Assembly (NCBI RefSeq): GCF_018977255.1
Contig: NW_024704759.1
Span: 9,114,001-9,178,000, forward strand
Origin: Callorhinchus milii
Taxonomy: Eukaryota
Reading direction: 5' to 3'
DNA: 64,000 nucleotides
Position numbers and translations under genes: made by a program
In this document: positions 26,220 through 37,640 of the stretch, one piece after another
Layout of the letters: each line of letters opens with the position of its first letter
Numbering within the stretch: position 1 is the stretch's first letter
Notes under the pieces: model-generated
What the model was told of the DNA's origin: nothing
Database searches by the model: none
What the model saw: the letters and a program-made list of their open reading frames with translations, nothing else

Positions 26220-26530
26220 ACGACAACAACTTACATTTATATACCACCCTTCATGTAGGGAAATGACTTGGAATGGTTTACAAGGGCAGGGTCAGATGCT
26301 AAGCAAGTGAAGAAGGGGAAAGTGGGAGATGACCACGGTCGAAGAGGTCGTGTTTTAGGCAGGATTTGAAGACTGATAGGCAGGTCGAGATGGAAAGGTA
26401 AAGAGACAGAGTTCCAGAGGGTAGGGTCATAGTTGCTGAAGCTTGGTCCACCAATGGTGCAGCTCTGGGGCATTATCTTTTGTGAAGGGCGCTATATAAA
26501 TGCAGGTGGTGGTTGTTGTTGTTGTTGATG
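26220..26530. mobile_element. L2 3' end (minus, 26220-26465) immediately followed by a plus-strand L2 tail (26463-26530)
   Basis: Minus strand gives TIGGPSFSNYDPTLWNS. The plus tail reads gtgaagggcgctatataaatgcagg(ttg)n. Confidence 0.8.
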
Positions 26531-27238
26531 ATGGCACAGAGCTGGCAGAAGGCAGTGTATCCCTGGAGACAAAACGCTTGCAGCAAAATCTCCCTGGTCC
26601 CTTATATGCATTAGCAAATGTTGCAAAGGGCATTCGATTTAACATTCAAAAGCCTGGATGGAAGGGGTTGCGTGAACCGTTTGTAGACGCAGAACATATT
26701 TTCAGGTGGGTTTGGGATAAATATTACCCAAGCCGGCAACCTTTGTCTTTAGCTACGGTGTTTCGGGGTAGTTTGCACAATTCCTTCTTCAGCACATGCA
26801 ACAAGATGCCGAAACTTTTTTGTTTGACCTTGGGGTGGCACAAAGCAGTTTCCACAGAACTTCCCCGCTAATCTGCCGACATTCTCATTCGAAAAGACAC
26901 GATTCCTTTCGCTGACCTACATAGGGTAGATTTTAAGACACTCATGAATCAAACCCACAGATCTTTCTCTTTTACATATCCCTGCTGTGTCATAATGTTG
27001 AAGGTGCTGTAAGTAAATTTAAGCAGAGCGAGACAGCTGTACCACTGCAATGGCAATTAGCCACTGTCTTTAAATATGGAAACCTGTCAGAAACATTCAC
27101 ATTGCCACATTCCCAACTGCGCTTCATAGAAAGATGTACACGACTCTTATTTTTTTTGAAAACGCAGAGGAATTTTAGCCCTTTGAGGAATAGTTTGCAT
27201 GGGAAGGAGACACATTTTCCACCACTTATTGGTATTTT

Positions 27239-27256
27239 TGTGTGTGTGTGTGTGTG
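27239..27256. repeat. (TG)n microsatellite
   Basis: About 9 tg units. Confidence 0.9.
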
Positions 27257-27544
27257 CTTAAAATTTGAATGGCTCTTAGGGAAGTCATGAATTGTTTAAT
27301 AAAGGTGGTTGTGCTTTAAATAAGTAAATAGGGGACTGAAATTGCATAAAGCAATCGTGGAATATGCAAACTGGAAGTGGGGAGATTACAAATAAAGATT
27401 CGAGGGAGAATGATAGGAAATAGGTTTAAGGATACAGTATGCACTTATGTTATAGGAACTGAGGTGCAAAAATAAAGCAGGTAAAAATAAATCAATGAAC
27501 AAGTAACTGATAGAGTCCATTATAATATTGACAAAGTAAAGTGG

Positions 27545-27870
27545 CTTTGCACTAATGCAAGGTTTATCAGAAGCAAAAGGGCTCGAGAATTCTGTGCGGA
27601 TTGCAAAGATGAATATAACTAGTCTTAACAGAAACCTTGGTCGGAACCGCAATAGGGTATCAATTTCAGGTATAAACTATTTAGAAGGCAGAGGAGAAAT
27701 AAATCAGGGAGAAATGGCATTACTTTTGAAGGCTGGACTGAACATTAGCAAAATAGATTTAGCCATCAATGGTGAGAAATCCGAATTAGTTTTGGTGAAA
27801 GTTGGATGAAACAAAAAGTATGAAGTTATTCATCAGGAATTGATATAGGTTCCACAAGGCCGGAAGAGGA
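27545..27870 (+). mobile_element. CR1 ORF2 endonuclease-domain remnant
   Basis: Degenerate motifs in the expected order: TNAR (actaatgcaagg), LTET (ttaacagaaacc), ISG...G..ALLLK, I.RP (atataggttccacaaggccg). Confidence 0.55.
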
Positions 27871-30800
27871 AATCACAATGGGATTATCGGTCCGCAGTAA
27901 AAAGGCAGGATATCTGCATTTGGGAAAGAGGATGGAACATGGGATTGCTTTGTGACACTGCTGGGTTAAAATTTCAGCTGGGTCACTGCTCATGAAAGCC
28001 TGGCTCATCAGAAGGACTTGCAAGGACATATCAGTCACTGTGGGCAGGGACTCTTCCCACTTCGTTCCTACTAACCCGCAAGCCAAAGCCCAAATGATAG
28101 GGTGGTCCAAGCTGGACAAGCAGTGGAAAAGTGTCTCAATGGCAGTCTATGCAGTTTTAGCTGGTTAGACTCCAACAGTTACTCCACCAATCACTCTGAG
28201 ATCCTCAAGCCTTGGCTCTCGCCAGCCCATGCCAAATATTTTCTGGAACTAGGTAAGCAGGATGCATCCCTCCAGGAAGAGAGTGCGCATTCTATTCCAA
28301 TAAATATCTCTGGAATTTTCATGTGTAAGTGGGATGCATGGAACGCTCAGTTTGATTTGGATACTCTTAAGCAAGGTGATGGGTTTCCACATTGTGTCGA
28401 ACATTTTTGCGCTGCTAAAAATTATATATTTTTACTCTATTAATGCAACATTTCAGCGTCTGCAGAATTTGACAAATTGTTGAATTCAGTTTTTCTTTAA
28501 AAAGGGCAAACCAAACCCAGGGTTTCAAAATTAAGGGGTAAAATGTTTAAAAATTGGACAAATGCTGGCTGCTCTGAAATGCTGCGTTAATAGAATAATA
28601 CTATAGACAGGTGGAATTTCCACAGATAATGGGCCGAATGGCCTTCGTCTGCGCCATACATTTCTAGATGGGTCTGTCTCATCGCTTCAGTACTACAGAC
28701 TGATAATGAGTGTACTTGCTTGCTGGCTGGTAAGGTCTTTACCATAGAAAGTGGAGGTTTGTCCTTTTCTGGTAGTTTCAGGGGAAAGCGTTGCAACTGT
28801 TTCTGGAGTAAATACAGGCTACAAATGAAATACTCATCAAAACCCCAGAGCGCTAGAATATTTATAAGTTGGTCAGCCCAGACAAAATGATTTCAAGACT
28901 TTTCAATATTTAAGCAAAGGAGAATAGAAATTCTGTAGCTAATTTTTTTTTAATGCTCTTTATATAAATGAGTAGTAACAGAAGGCTAGAACTTAGCTAT
29001 TGTTATTCTGCTGCTTTTCCTGTTTACAAAAAAAACAGTAACATTAGTCCAGGAATTCTAGGTCTGTTCATCGGACATCTGTACTTGGAAAACCATTGGA
29101 ATCTGATATGAAGGAAACAATTACGGTGTGTTTTAATAACAGTAAAGGGAACAATTCCAAAGCAATAAAGGTTTGTGAAAGGCAGGTCATGTCTAATATG
29201 TCTATTGGAAAACTTTGAGCATGTAATGGAATTAGTGAATGATGGTTAATGAGCAGATACTGCAAGCCCCACTTTCAGAAGGCATTTTAGAACCACCCTT
29301 ATTTTTGAGAGATTTGTGAAAGAAATCAAAGCTCTTGAGACAAGGAGGAAGTGATATATTATGAACTAGTTAGGAAATAGTCGATTCTCCCAACCATGGT
29401 CAGAGGAAATCACCAAGATTTGGATGGGAAATATTAATATATTAATAAATGATCATTAAGAGGACATTAAAAGTGGAATCCCTATGTTCACAGATATTAC
29501 CATCTTATGCGAAAAAGCTGGCATCACAGATCACATGAAGTTGGACCTCTCTCAAACCGGAGGCCTTAGACACAAGAGGCATTGATGTAGAAATTGACAG
29601 GTGCAGTATCATCATCGAAAGGAAAGGTCCACCTTCAATACAAGCACCTCATTTACATGTGTGGTCGACCGGGAGTGAGATGAATTCCTCTTCAGTCCTC
29701 TCATCCAGCCGTGTGCAGATTGCTAACTTGAGTCTAGTTCTGGTCTCCTAATACATTCTTCAGACTTAATAAAGGTTTCAATGGAGCCTGATTCATAGGC
29801 TAATTTTCAGTTTTCATTTATTTGAACATTCTATTTACACAGCCTTGAGTGCTAGGGAGCATCATGAATTCTTCATTAAACTGTGTTTCCATCACTGGTC
29901 GGGGCATTGTGTTTTGTTTTATAAACGTGTTAATAGATACTGACATGACATTGTTATAATGGAGAATGGTTTGGGACCTCAAACAGGCTCTCATAGCCCA
30001 GTGGACTCCAGCAAAATGTAATTGTGGTGCCTCTGCTCAGATCAATCAGATCACGTGTATGAATTCAGAATATCTTGCTTATATCTGTGAGCCAGTGGCA
30101 TTCTAAAAGAGCCTGTAATGAGAATTGAAAAATAGAATGGAGTATTCTCCGAGTCTTTTTTTTGTACCAAATCAATGTTAGGTACAAGTATTCCCAAATC
30201 AAATACAAACAAGATTCTCTTTGTAGGGTAAAGCTCCCAGTACGCTCAACGTGCACTGTGCTATAAGCCCCAATCATTGTGGTTTCCCAGATCAGACACT
30301 TTGTGAGGATCGCTGTGTCTCGGTCGGCAATTGGTAACAATTTATGGGCAGTTTTGATCTGGATGCTGGATTGAGATTGCACAAAGAAATTCAATTCCCA
30401 TCCTTCAAGCCATTAAAAAGAGGACATTTTCACTCCATTAGTCTGCCCGGGCTGCGAACCCTACCTAATAGTTGTATTGGCACTGAAAAAAGACTTTCTT
30501 TAGTCATTGAAGTCAAACTTGGGGGTCTGTAAAAGTAAAGGATAGGGGTCTAAAGGTTGTCACTTCAACACAGGCCAGTTGCTGAAGCCACATGGCAGCT
30601 GAGAAGTCCATAATAAATCATTATTATTAAATGTCTGCGCTTCCTAACTACCCTGCACAGTGCCATAAAAAGCACCGCAATGCTGTAAGTTCGTCAAATA
30701 TTAAATAGATCAAAGGTTGTCGGGTGGCAGTATTTTTCACTTAGCTCCATGTCTATTATGGCACGAGGGAGTGCAAGTCTCGTTCTCAGTCTGTAGGCAT

Positions 30801-30987
30801 TGTAAAAAGGAGAGGAGTTAATAGTGAGCTACAGTGGTTGTTAATGATTTTTATAGTCTTCATATTTTCAGTGCGGACTTTTTATGTAACAGATAAAAAA
30901 TAATCGACATTTTGAAGCTGTCAATCGGTTGTTTGTTTTCCATAAGCACAATTAAAAGTAATATACGTTTCAAATGCACCATTTATG

Positions 30988-31152
30988 GCGGGGCAGTGAT
31001 TCAAAAAAGGCTGTTCACTTCTGTTTGCTTAGTGAGCGAGAATGTTTACGTGTGCGGCTATGATGGGATTTTCCCATTGTATGCACACTCACAGACAAAT
31101 TCGCTACACTCAGTAAATGCGTCAGAATAGCCTTTTAAAGATAACTGCCCGC
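30988..31152 (+). repeat. About 165-nt imperfect palindrome centred at 31070
   Basis: Nested pairs: gcggggcagt/actgcccgc, aaaaggctgttc/gaatagcctttt, tttgct/agtaaa, agtg/cact, agcga/tcgct, tgttt/agaca, gtgtgc/gcacac, tatgatggga/tcccattgta. Confidence 0.8.
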
Positions 31153-33180
31153 AAACACTTATTGCTTAACCCACCATTATTACAAGACCCATAAATTTCC
31201 TACAATGGCTAGTTGTACACCATGGTTGCATGTCAACTTTTACCAGCATTGTTTACGACTTTGTGGGCACCACTGCCAGAATTACCTTCAAATCTTGTGT
31301 CTGTGCTCCAGCTGCCAATACCAAACCTCACCTGCACCTTTTTGCCTCTGAGCATTCTCTGCCTCCCTCTCAGTTCATTTCTTCTTTTGCTGTAAACCTC
31401 TGTGTCCTTCTCCCAATACAGCGGTCTCTTTCTGATTGCCACGACTTTCCATTTAAAGCAACATTCGACTGAGCAGAAACAACAAAATGCATTTAAACAG
31501 CGCCTTTCATGTCAGGAGGGCATCCCATGGTGCTGAGTGAGTATTTATGGACTGCATCAGCCCACCTGCCCCCTCCCCGACAAAGGTTGCTGTGAAATCG
31601 GCATGTTAAATTAAATTTAAAAAAGGAACCAAGTATGCACAGGAATAGCAGTTGAGTTACAGAAAACTGCTGACATTTTATTGTGATTATGCTTCCCATC
31701 TTGCCAGTTATACAGCCATATCACTGGAAGGCTTATTGTCCATGACTAACTCGTTCCTGGTGTGTATCCTCAATATATTCATAAATGCAGAGATATAACT
31801 GTTATTTTTTATCAATTGATTCTCTGTATCCGCAAGGGCTAAAAAACACACATCTAGTTTGGATTTTGTCTTCATTTTCACCTTCGCTTTGAATAACATT
31901 ACCCGCAATTAAAAAAAATTGGCCAAATCCCTTTGGATGGCAAAAGGTCTCAGATCAGTATTTTTGCGTGGGAACACAGAAGAACAAAAAAAACGAAGAA
32001 TGGGAAAAACAGGATAACGTCTCAAAGCAGGACAGAAATAGATTTATAGCTGTAAATTATGACCAGTGTAGTCATAACGCGTTGGTTCAAATGTCTTCAC
32101 ATGCATAGAGGAAAATGTGACTTGAAAGGAGAGCAGAAAAGAAACAATCAAGCTGTTGCTCTAATTGAACAGGGAATAAACTGGGGAGGAATCTGCTCTT
32201 ATGCCAAAATATAGCTGTGGGCCTTGTTCACTCAGCAGTGATATGGTGAGATATAGACCTTACAGTTCCATGATCTCAGCAACTTAGTACTGTCCATCTG
32301 CAATCAGTGTCAAAGTGGCAGCGTTCGTGAGGCAAATGATCCGACATTTGTGAATTTTGAGGCAAGTCAATATGGTTAAAATTAGCGGAGCTCTTGCCCC
32401 TGAATTCTGAGGCTGAGGCTCCTGGGTTGATCAATATCTAAACATCTTTTTTTCCCCCCATGGAAGATAATCAAAACCAAGGAGAAATACTAGAGTTACT
32501 CGAATGTTAGGCACATCTTGTTTCATTAAATGGTAGCTCCAATGCGCACCTTAGAATTGATGGCACCTTAGAATTGTAGTAAAGTTCCTCCCTCTACCCC
32601 CTCTGACTCCCCAACCGCTCAAATCCTCTAAAATTGGTCTAAGCTTTGGAGGTGCCTAAATGTGAGTAAATATCGTAGTCACAGAAATTCAGTTGTTTTG
32701 TTTCGCTATCACTGTAGGTCCACGGACTCTGTCGATGGGATGTGAAGGATGGGGAAGAGTGGAATGTAATACATTTGGAACATACTAATGGAGCCCTGCC
32801 AACCATGTATGCAACCTTTTAATTTTATAGCAAAACATACCAACATACACTATCTCTTAATTGTGTATAAAACAGCGTAACTTCAGTGGAGTGCAAAGAG
32901 TAGTTTCACTCATTCGATAAATGTTGATGCGTGCAAAAAAGCTGACAGGGGTGGTTGGGGAAAGGGGAGAAATACGCTATGTGAATCCGTTTTGAAACAT
33001 TCGCACTTCCCAACAAAATATTTAGCTGCTTAAAATGTAACAGGGGGGAAAAAAGTGTGTGTTCGCCAAGGTGAATTAAACGTTTAAAATGCTTCAGTTC
33101 GGGAGAAAAATCTGAAGTCGTGATTTTTTTCTGGAACAGATAAAAGAACATCAATCCATGTGTGATAGACATCCATTTTG

Positions 33181-33583
33181 TGGAGTCCTGTAACTTAGTG
33201 GTTAGAGTACTCGCCTCACAAGTGAGAGCTCCTGGGCTTCATTCCCGGGCAGGATGAAACATTGGGCAAGTTTCCTTACTTCACACGCTTCTGTTTACCT
33301 AGCAGTAAGTAGGAACCCAGTTGTTAGTCGATTGGCAGACTGCTTTTCCAGGGGTAATAATCCCTCCCAAAAATTCTTTAAAAAAAAATAATAATAAATT
33401 GGTCACCCAATCCACAACTGTTCATGTGACACTGCTGAGCACAACTTGCTGCCGTGTTTTGCCCACAAAATATACAGTTCAATTCACTTTACAGTATATT
33501 CTGTGAAGCACTTTGAGAGGTCTCAAAGACCTGATAAGGCACTATATTAAATGCAAGAATTATTATTATTTATTATTATTATT
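33181..33583 (+). mobile_element. Full-length tRNA-derived SINE type B (Deu 3' segment + L2-type tail)
   Basis: A box taacttagtggttagagt and B-box-like gggcttcattccc; middle ttgggcaagtttcc...tctgtttacctagcagtaagtaggaaccc; Deu-like gctgccgtgttttgcccacaaaa; tail ending (att)n. Confidence 0.9.
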
Positions 33584-34597
33584 TTACTTTGGTGTCAACA
33601 ACACCTCTTGGTTGTAATTTTCTCTCAGTGCTCACAATGCTCAGTTAATCTATCGATTGTATTACTTTTAACCTTGTGTTAGTGTAGGCTAATCTTGCTT
33701 ACCATCAAGATTGCTGTATTTCCCCATAAAACTTCCTTTCACAGCTAAAATTATTTTAGGCCCTAAGGGTAAGCTACAGTCAGGTCACAACACCCCAGAG
33801 ACTCTCCATAGATTGAATGAGTGTAAAACTAATGTACATGGTTTGTACGACTTAGATCTGGAGACTTCCATCTTTAAGACTATTCATTACTTCATTTTCT
33901 CTTCCTCCATCCAAAACCTTGATCAAAACAAGACCCATTACAGATGTCCAGCTGTCAAGCATTATATGACTGATGAAGAACAGACATTTTGGCAGCTTGC
34001 ACATGTTTCCAAAGCTTGTGAAATTTTAGCACTAAAAAATGTGTTCCACTGAGAAAATAAAGGCCTCACTAATGCCAGTCTGCTTGAGCTAGCTGTCAAA
34101 AATCTTAACTCTTGAGTGAAAATATCAGAAGCATGAATTCGGGATGCGATTTCGCTTGTAGACCTTGAATGGTTGAGCAGCGATCAACTGGAAAATGTTT
34201 TTGCTCTTAAGCCGCAGTACATTTTAGGCTCTCGGAAGAGGTTGAGTAACCTTCATGTGAGGAAATATAAAACAAAACCTAGGAAATGTCAGAATGTGGC
34301 AGCATTTTCAAAGTACAAGCAAACTGATCAGCAACAAACAGAACGGCTGAAGGTTCTTGTGACATTTGACCATTTTCAAAATTACACGGTGGATAAAATG
34401 TTTTATTTGCTCCAGCAGCGCCTCTGATCTTTGTGGTTACCTATTGTTGCAATTGGCGCAAGCGAAGGTCTCTATAATACATGAATCCCTGAAGTTAAGC
34501 CAGTGTTTGGCCTCTGTTGGGAGAGAAACTATTTCCATTAAACTTGCTGATTTCCTCCCAGTTGGAGGGAAAACTCTTCTGAAAATAGATATATTTT

Positions 34598-34712
34598 TCT
34601 GGCAAAATATATAGTCAAATTCACTTTCTAGTATATTCTGTGAGGTGCTTTGAGACATCTAGAAGATGTGATAAGGCACTATATCAAATGCAAGGATTAT
34701 TATTATTATATT
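34598..34712 (+). mobile_element. SINE tail
   Basis: tgtgaggtgctttgagacatc...gataaggcactatatcaaatgcaagg(att)n. Confidence 0.85.
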
Positions 34713-36736
34713 ATACAGGGTTGAATCATAAGTTGGCATCAGGGATTTCTCGACTAAGAAATCAGTTAAGATATACCACAAAATTAAACTGCTTAAAGCC
34801 TTTGAATGCCGATTTTGCTGAGTTGATCTTCCAAAACCGACCCTAACCACCAATATCTGCATTGTAGTGAATGGACGGGGATGTTTTGATTTGAGACAGG
34901 ATTTTCATCTTACCAGTGAAGGTTAAGTAAGTTCTACTGCATAGATTTTTCTGCAGGAATGCATAAAAGATTAATTCCTCCCCTCCTGATACTGAAGCAA
35001 GCTATAGCGAAGTGGTAGTGCATTCTGTAACAGACCTCTGTGTGCAGAGCATAAATAATTTCACCAGGCCTTTAATTCACTAACATTTTTAATCAATTGC
35101 GTTTTCTCTTCAAAAGGCAAAAAAAAATATTGTGGCCAAAGAAATTCCAAGAAATGCATCATTTATGTTACATATTGCGCACACGGATTTCAGACAGGCA
35201 GAGGAGAGCACACAAGATTAGATTGTTTGTTTACATCACAATAATGACCCGAGACAGCTGAAAATTGTTTAACCAATCCCCGATTGTGCTTTTGAATAAA
35301 CTGATCATGAAAATCTCCACTTAATACATATTCGGCATTCAGGCAAAGTGAGCGAAATTGAAAAAATAACTTCAATCAATCAATCTGTTGCAAACAAATT
35401 GACGTACAGTAATACCCGTGTTCTGCAAAAGTTAAAATTCAGAGTAAATTACCAGCAAACTGCGCCTTTCTAATAAAGATCTCCACAGATATGTGATTGG
35501 CAGATAAATCAGCCATTTAGTAATGATGCCTTTGCAGATAGATCAGACTGAGCGAGAATCAAAACTAGAAAGGATGTCCTCTGATGCTTCACAAAAGAAG
35601 TGGATGGAATGATTTATTTTCTACATGTATGAGCATTGACTTAAACATATCTTCCCAGCACAGTGCAAACCACAACCGGTTGAAGTTGAGCAGGAAGTTT
35701 ACCTGCCAGAGGTAAGAGCTTAGCGATCGAATTGTTCCTGGAATAAAGTATCAGCTCACATGTCGCAGTTACAATTTATTAAACTAAATGCCTGAAGTGA
35801 ATCCTTTTTTGGGGGAAGCAAATAAAATCCGAAAATTGAGGAAAACAAAAAATATTCTCCGCTTACAGTCGTTGCATTTAATTCTCAAGCTAACTACTTT
35901 AGAGTTTTGTTTGAGCACAGAAGTATGTACACTCTTTGTTGCTTGGGGCAGTTAATTGACAATGATTTATGGCTCTCAGATTTGCCTCCTTTGGCTATCT
36001 GTTTATCTTTGTTAAGACGCTGTATTGTTTCTGAGTTTGTTTCAGAGCTTGGGTTCTACAAGTTGAGCAAATGGAAATTTTCCAGCAATGTTTTGAATCT
36101 GTGAAGTTTGTCGACAAAGGAGTGAAATGCACTGCACTGCTGGGAGCTAACCTAGTTTAGTGACAGTAAAAAATGGTGGATAAATCACTGTTTGATGTCA
36201 GTTTCATAGAGGCAGTAATGCTACGTTGGAATTTAGCAATGAGTTTATTTGGTGAACTGCCTGGTTGGTACGTGCAATCTTGCGTTCTTCAATGAGCTGT
36301 TGTTACTGTAACAAACGCTCAGCCCAAAATACTATTATTTGTGAGAAATGGAAGAAAAGTCAATAATCAGGAACTTTCTGGATCCAGAGGAATTAATTTT
36401 TAATATTGTCCAAGGTTCTGCACTGTCGAGTGCAAAAATGGGGATTTTATTCCCGTGAGCAAAGAGGTAGAGGCCGATGAGGAAGCATCTGTCTTCACAC
36501 GGTTAAAATACCTTTAACAATCCAATTGAGGCTGATAAATACCCCGTCTGTTAAACCAGCAGTGGAGTGCAGATCCTTTGGAGATTAATGGGCTGAGATT
36601 CCGCTTGCCGTTGTGCGCAGGACCTTTGGCGATGTCAGGCGCTAATGGGATTTCCCCTGCATTATAATGGCCCATCGTCAAGGCCAACAGGGGATTTCGG
36701 GAGAGAAACAAAGAATGAAATATTTTGTCAGGTACC

Positions 36737-37070
36737 AGCCTGACTCAGTTGGTAACGCTCTCGGCTTTGAGTCACGATTGTTGCAAGTTCAAGCCCCCCA
36801 TCGGGAACTTTTGAACTCACGTAGTATAAGGTGACAGGACTGGGGGTACGCTGTATTATCGGCGGTGCCGTCCTTCGGTTCAGATGTTAAAGCATGTTCC
36901 CTTCTGCCCATTCAGGTGAACGTTAAAGATCCCGTAACACCAATCAAAAAGCAAAGGCCTTAATCCCCCAAGCACTTTACAGCAAAAACGCTGTGAAGCT
37001 CTTTGAGACGTCCTCCAGATGTGAAAGCTGCTGAATCAAATGTAAGGAATATGATTAGAATTATGATTAT
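36737..37070 (+). mobile_element. Deu-domain SINE type A, internally deleted
   Basis: agcctgactcagttggtaacgctctc...agttcaagccc head; ggcggtgccgtccttcgg...ttcaggtgaacgttaaagatccc; tail. Confidence 0.85.
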
Positions 37071-37481
37071 GGATCAACAAGAAATCTTTCATCAAAACGT
37101 CCAATGTAATCACATCCTCTTTTCAAATCTTTCAAACAGATACTTGTAAGAAAGCTATTTTTAATTAGTTTACTTCAGTGTGAAGCCAAATGTTATATTT
37201 AGGCATCATTTATCATATTTGTCTCCTGTGAGTTTAGTAATTTTCCTGCAAACATTTAGGAAAACTACAGTATTTTGAAAAAGGAGCTCTATGGGTTCTG
37301 ACTTTTATTTTGAAGGTTAGCAGTGATGGCTTTGTTAGCACTGACACTGGCTGTACAGATACGTGCTGGATTGTTTGCCAGTAGCATGGTCTGGCAGGGG
37401 CAACAATGCCAACATTACAGCTAAAAACTGGAGCAAGTAGATATTCGCTCCAAGACTGGGCTTACTTATACTTTATTCCAG

Positions 37482-37640
37482 TAATAATATAATAATCCTC
37501 GCTTGTGATATAGCGCCTTATCGCATCTTTGAGATGTCTCAAAGCGCTTCATAGAATGTATTGTAAAGTGGATTGACTGTATTTTGTGGGCTGAAACGCC
37601 GCAGCCAATAGCGCACAGCAGTGTTCCAGAAACAGTTGTA
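37482..37640 (-). mobile_element. SINE 3' part
   Basis: gatatagcgcctt...gtctcaaagcgcttca...gcagccaatagcgcacagcagtg. Confidence 0.85.

Noticed and set aside
33181-33255. tRNA-like sequences (also 5348, 36737, 39500, 44625)
   Set aside because: These are SINE heads. They run on into SINE bodies and lack a complete cloverleaf and terminator.
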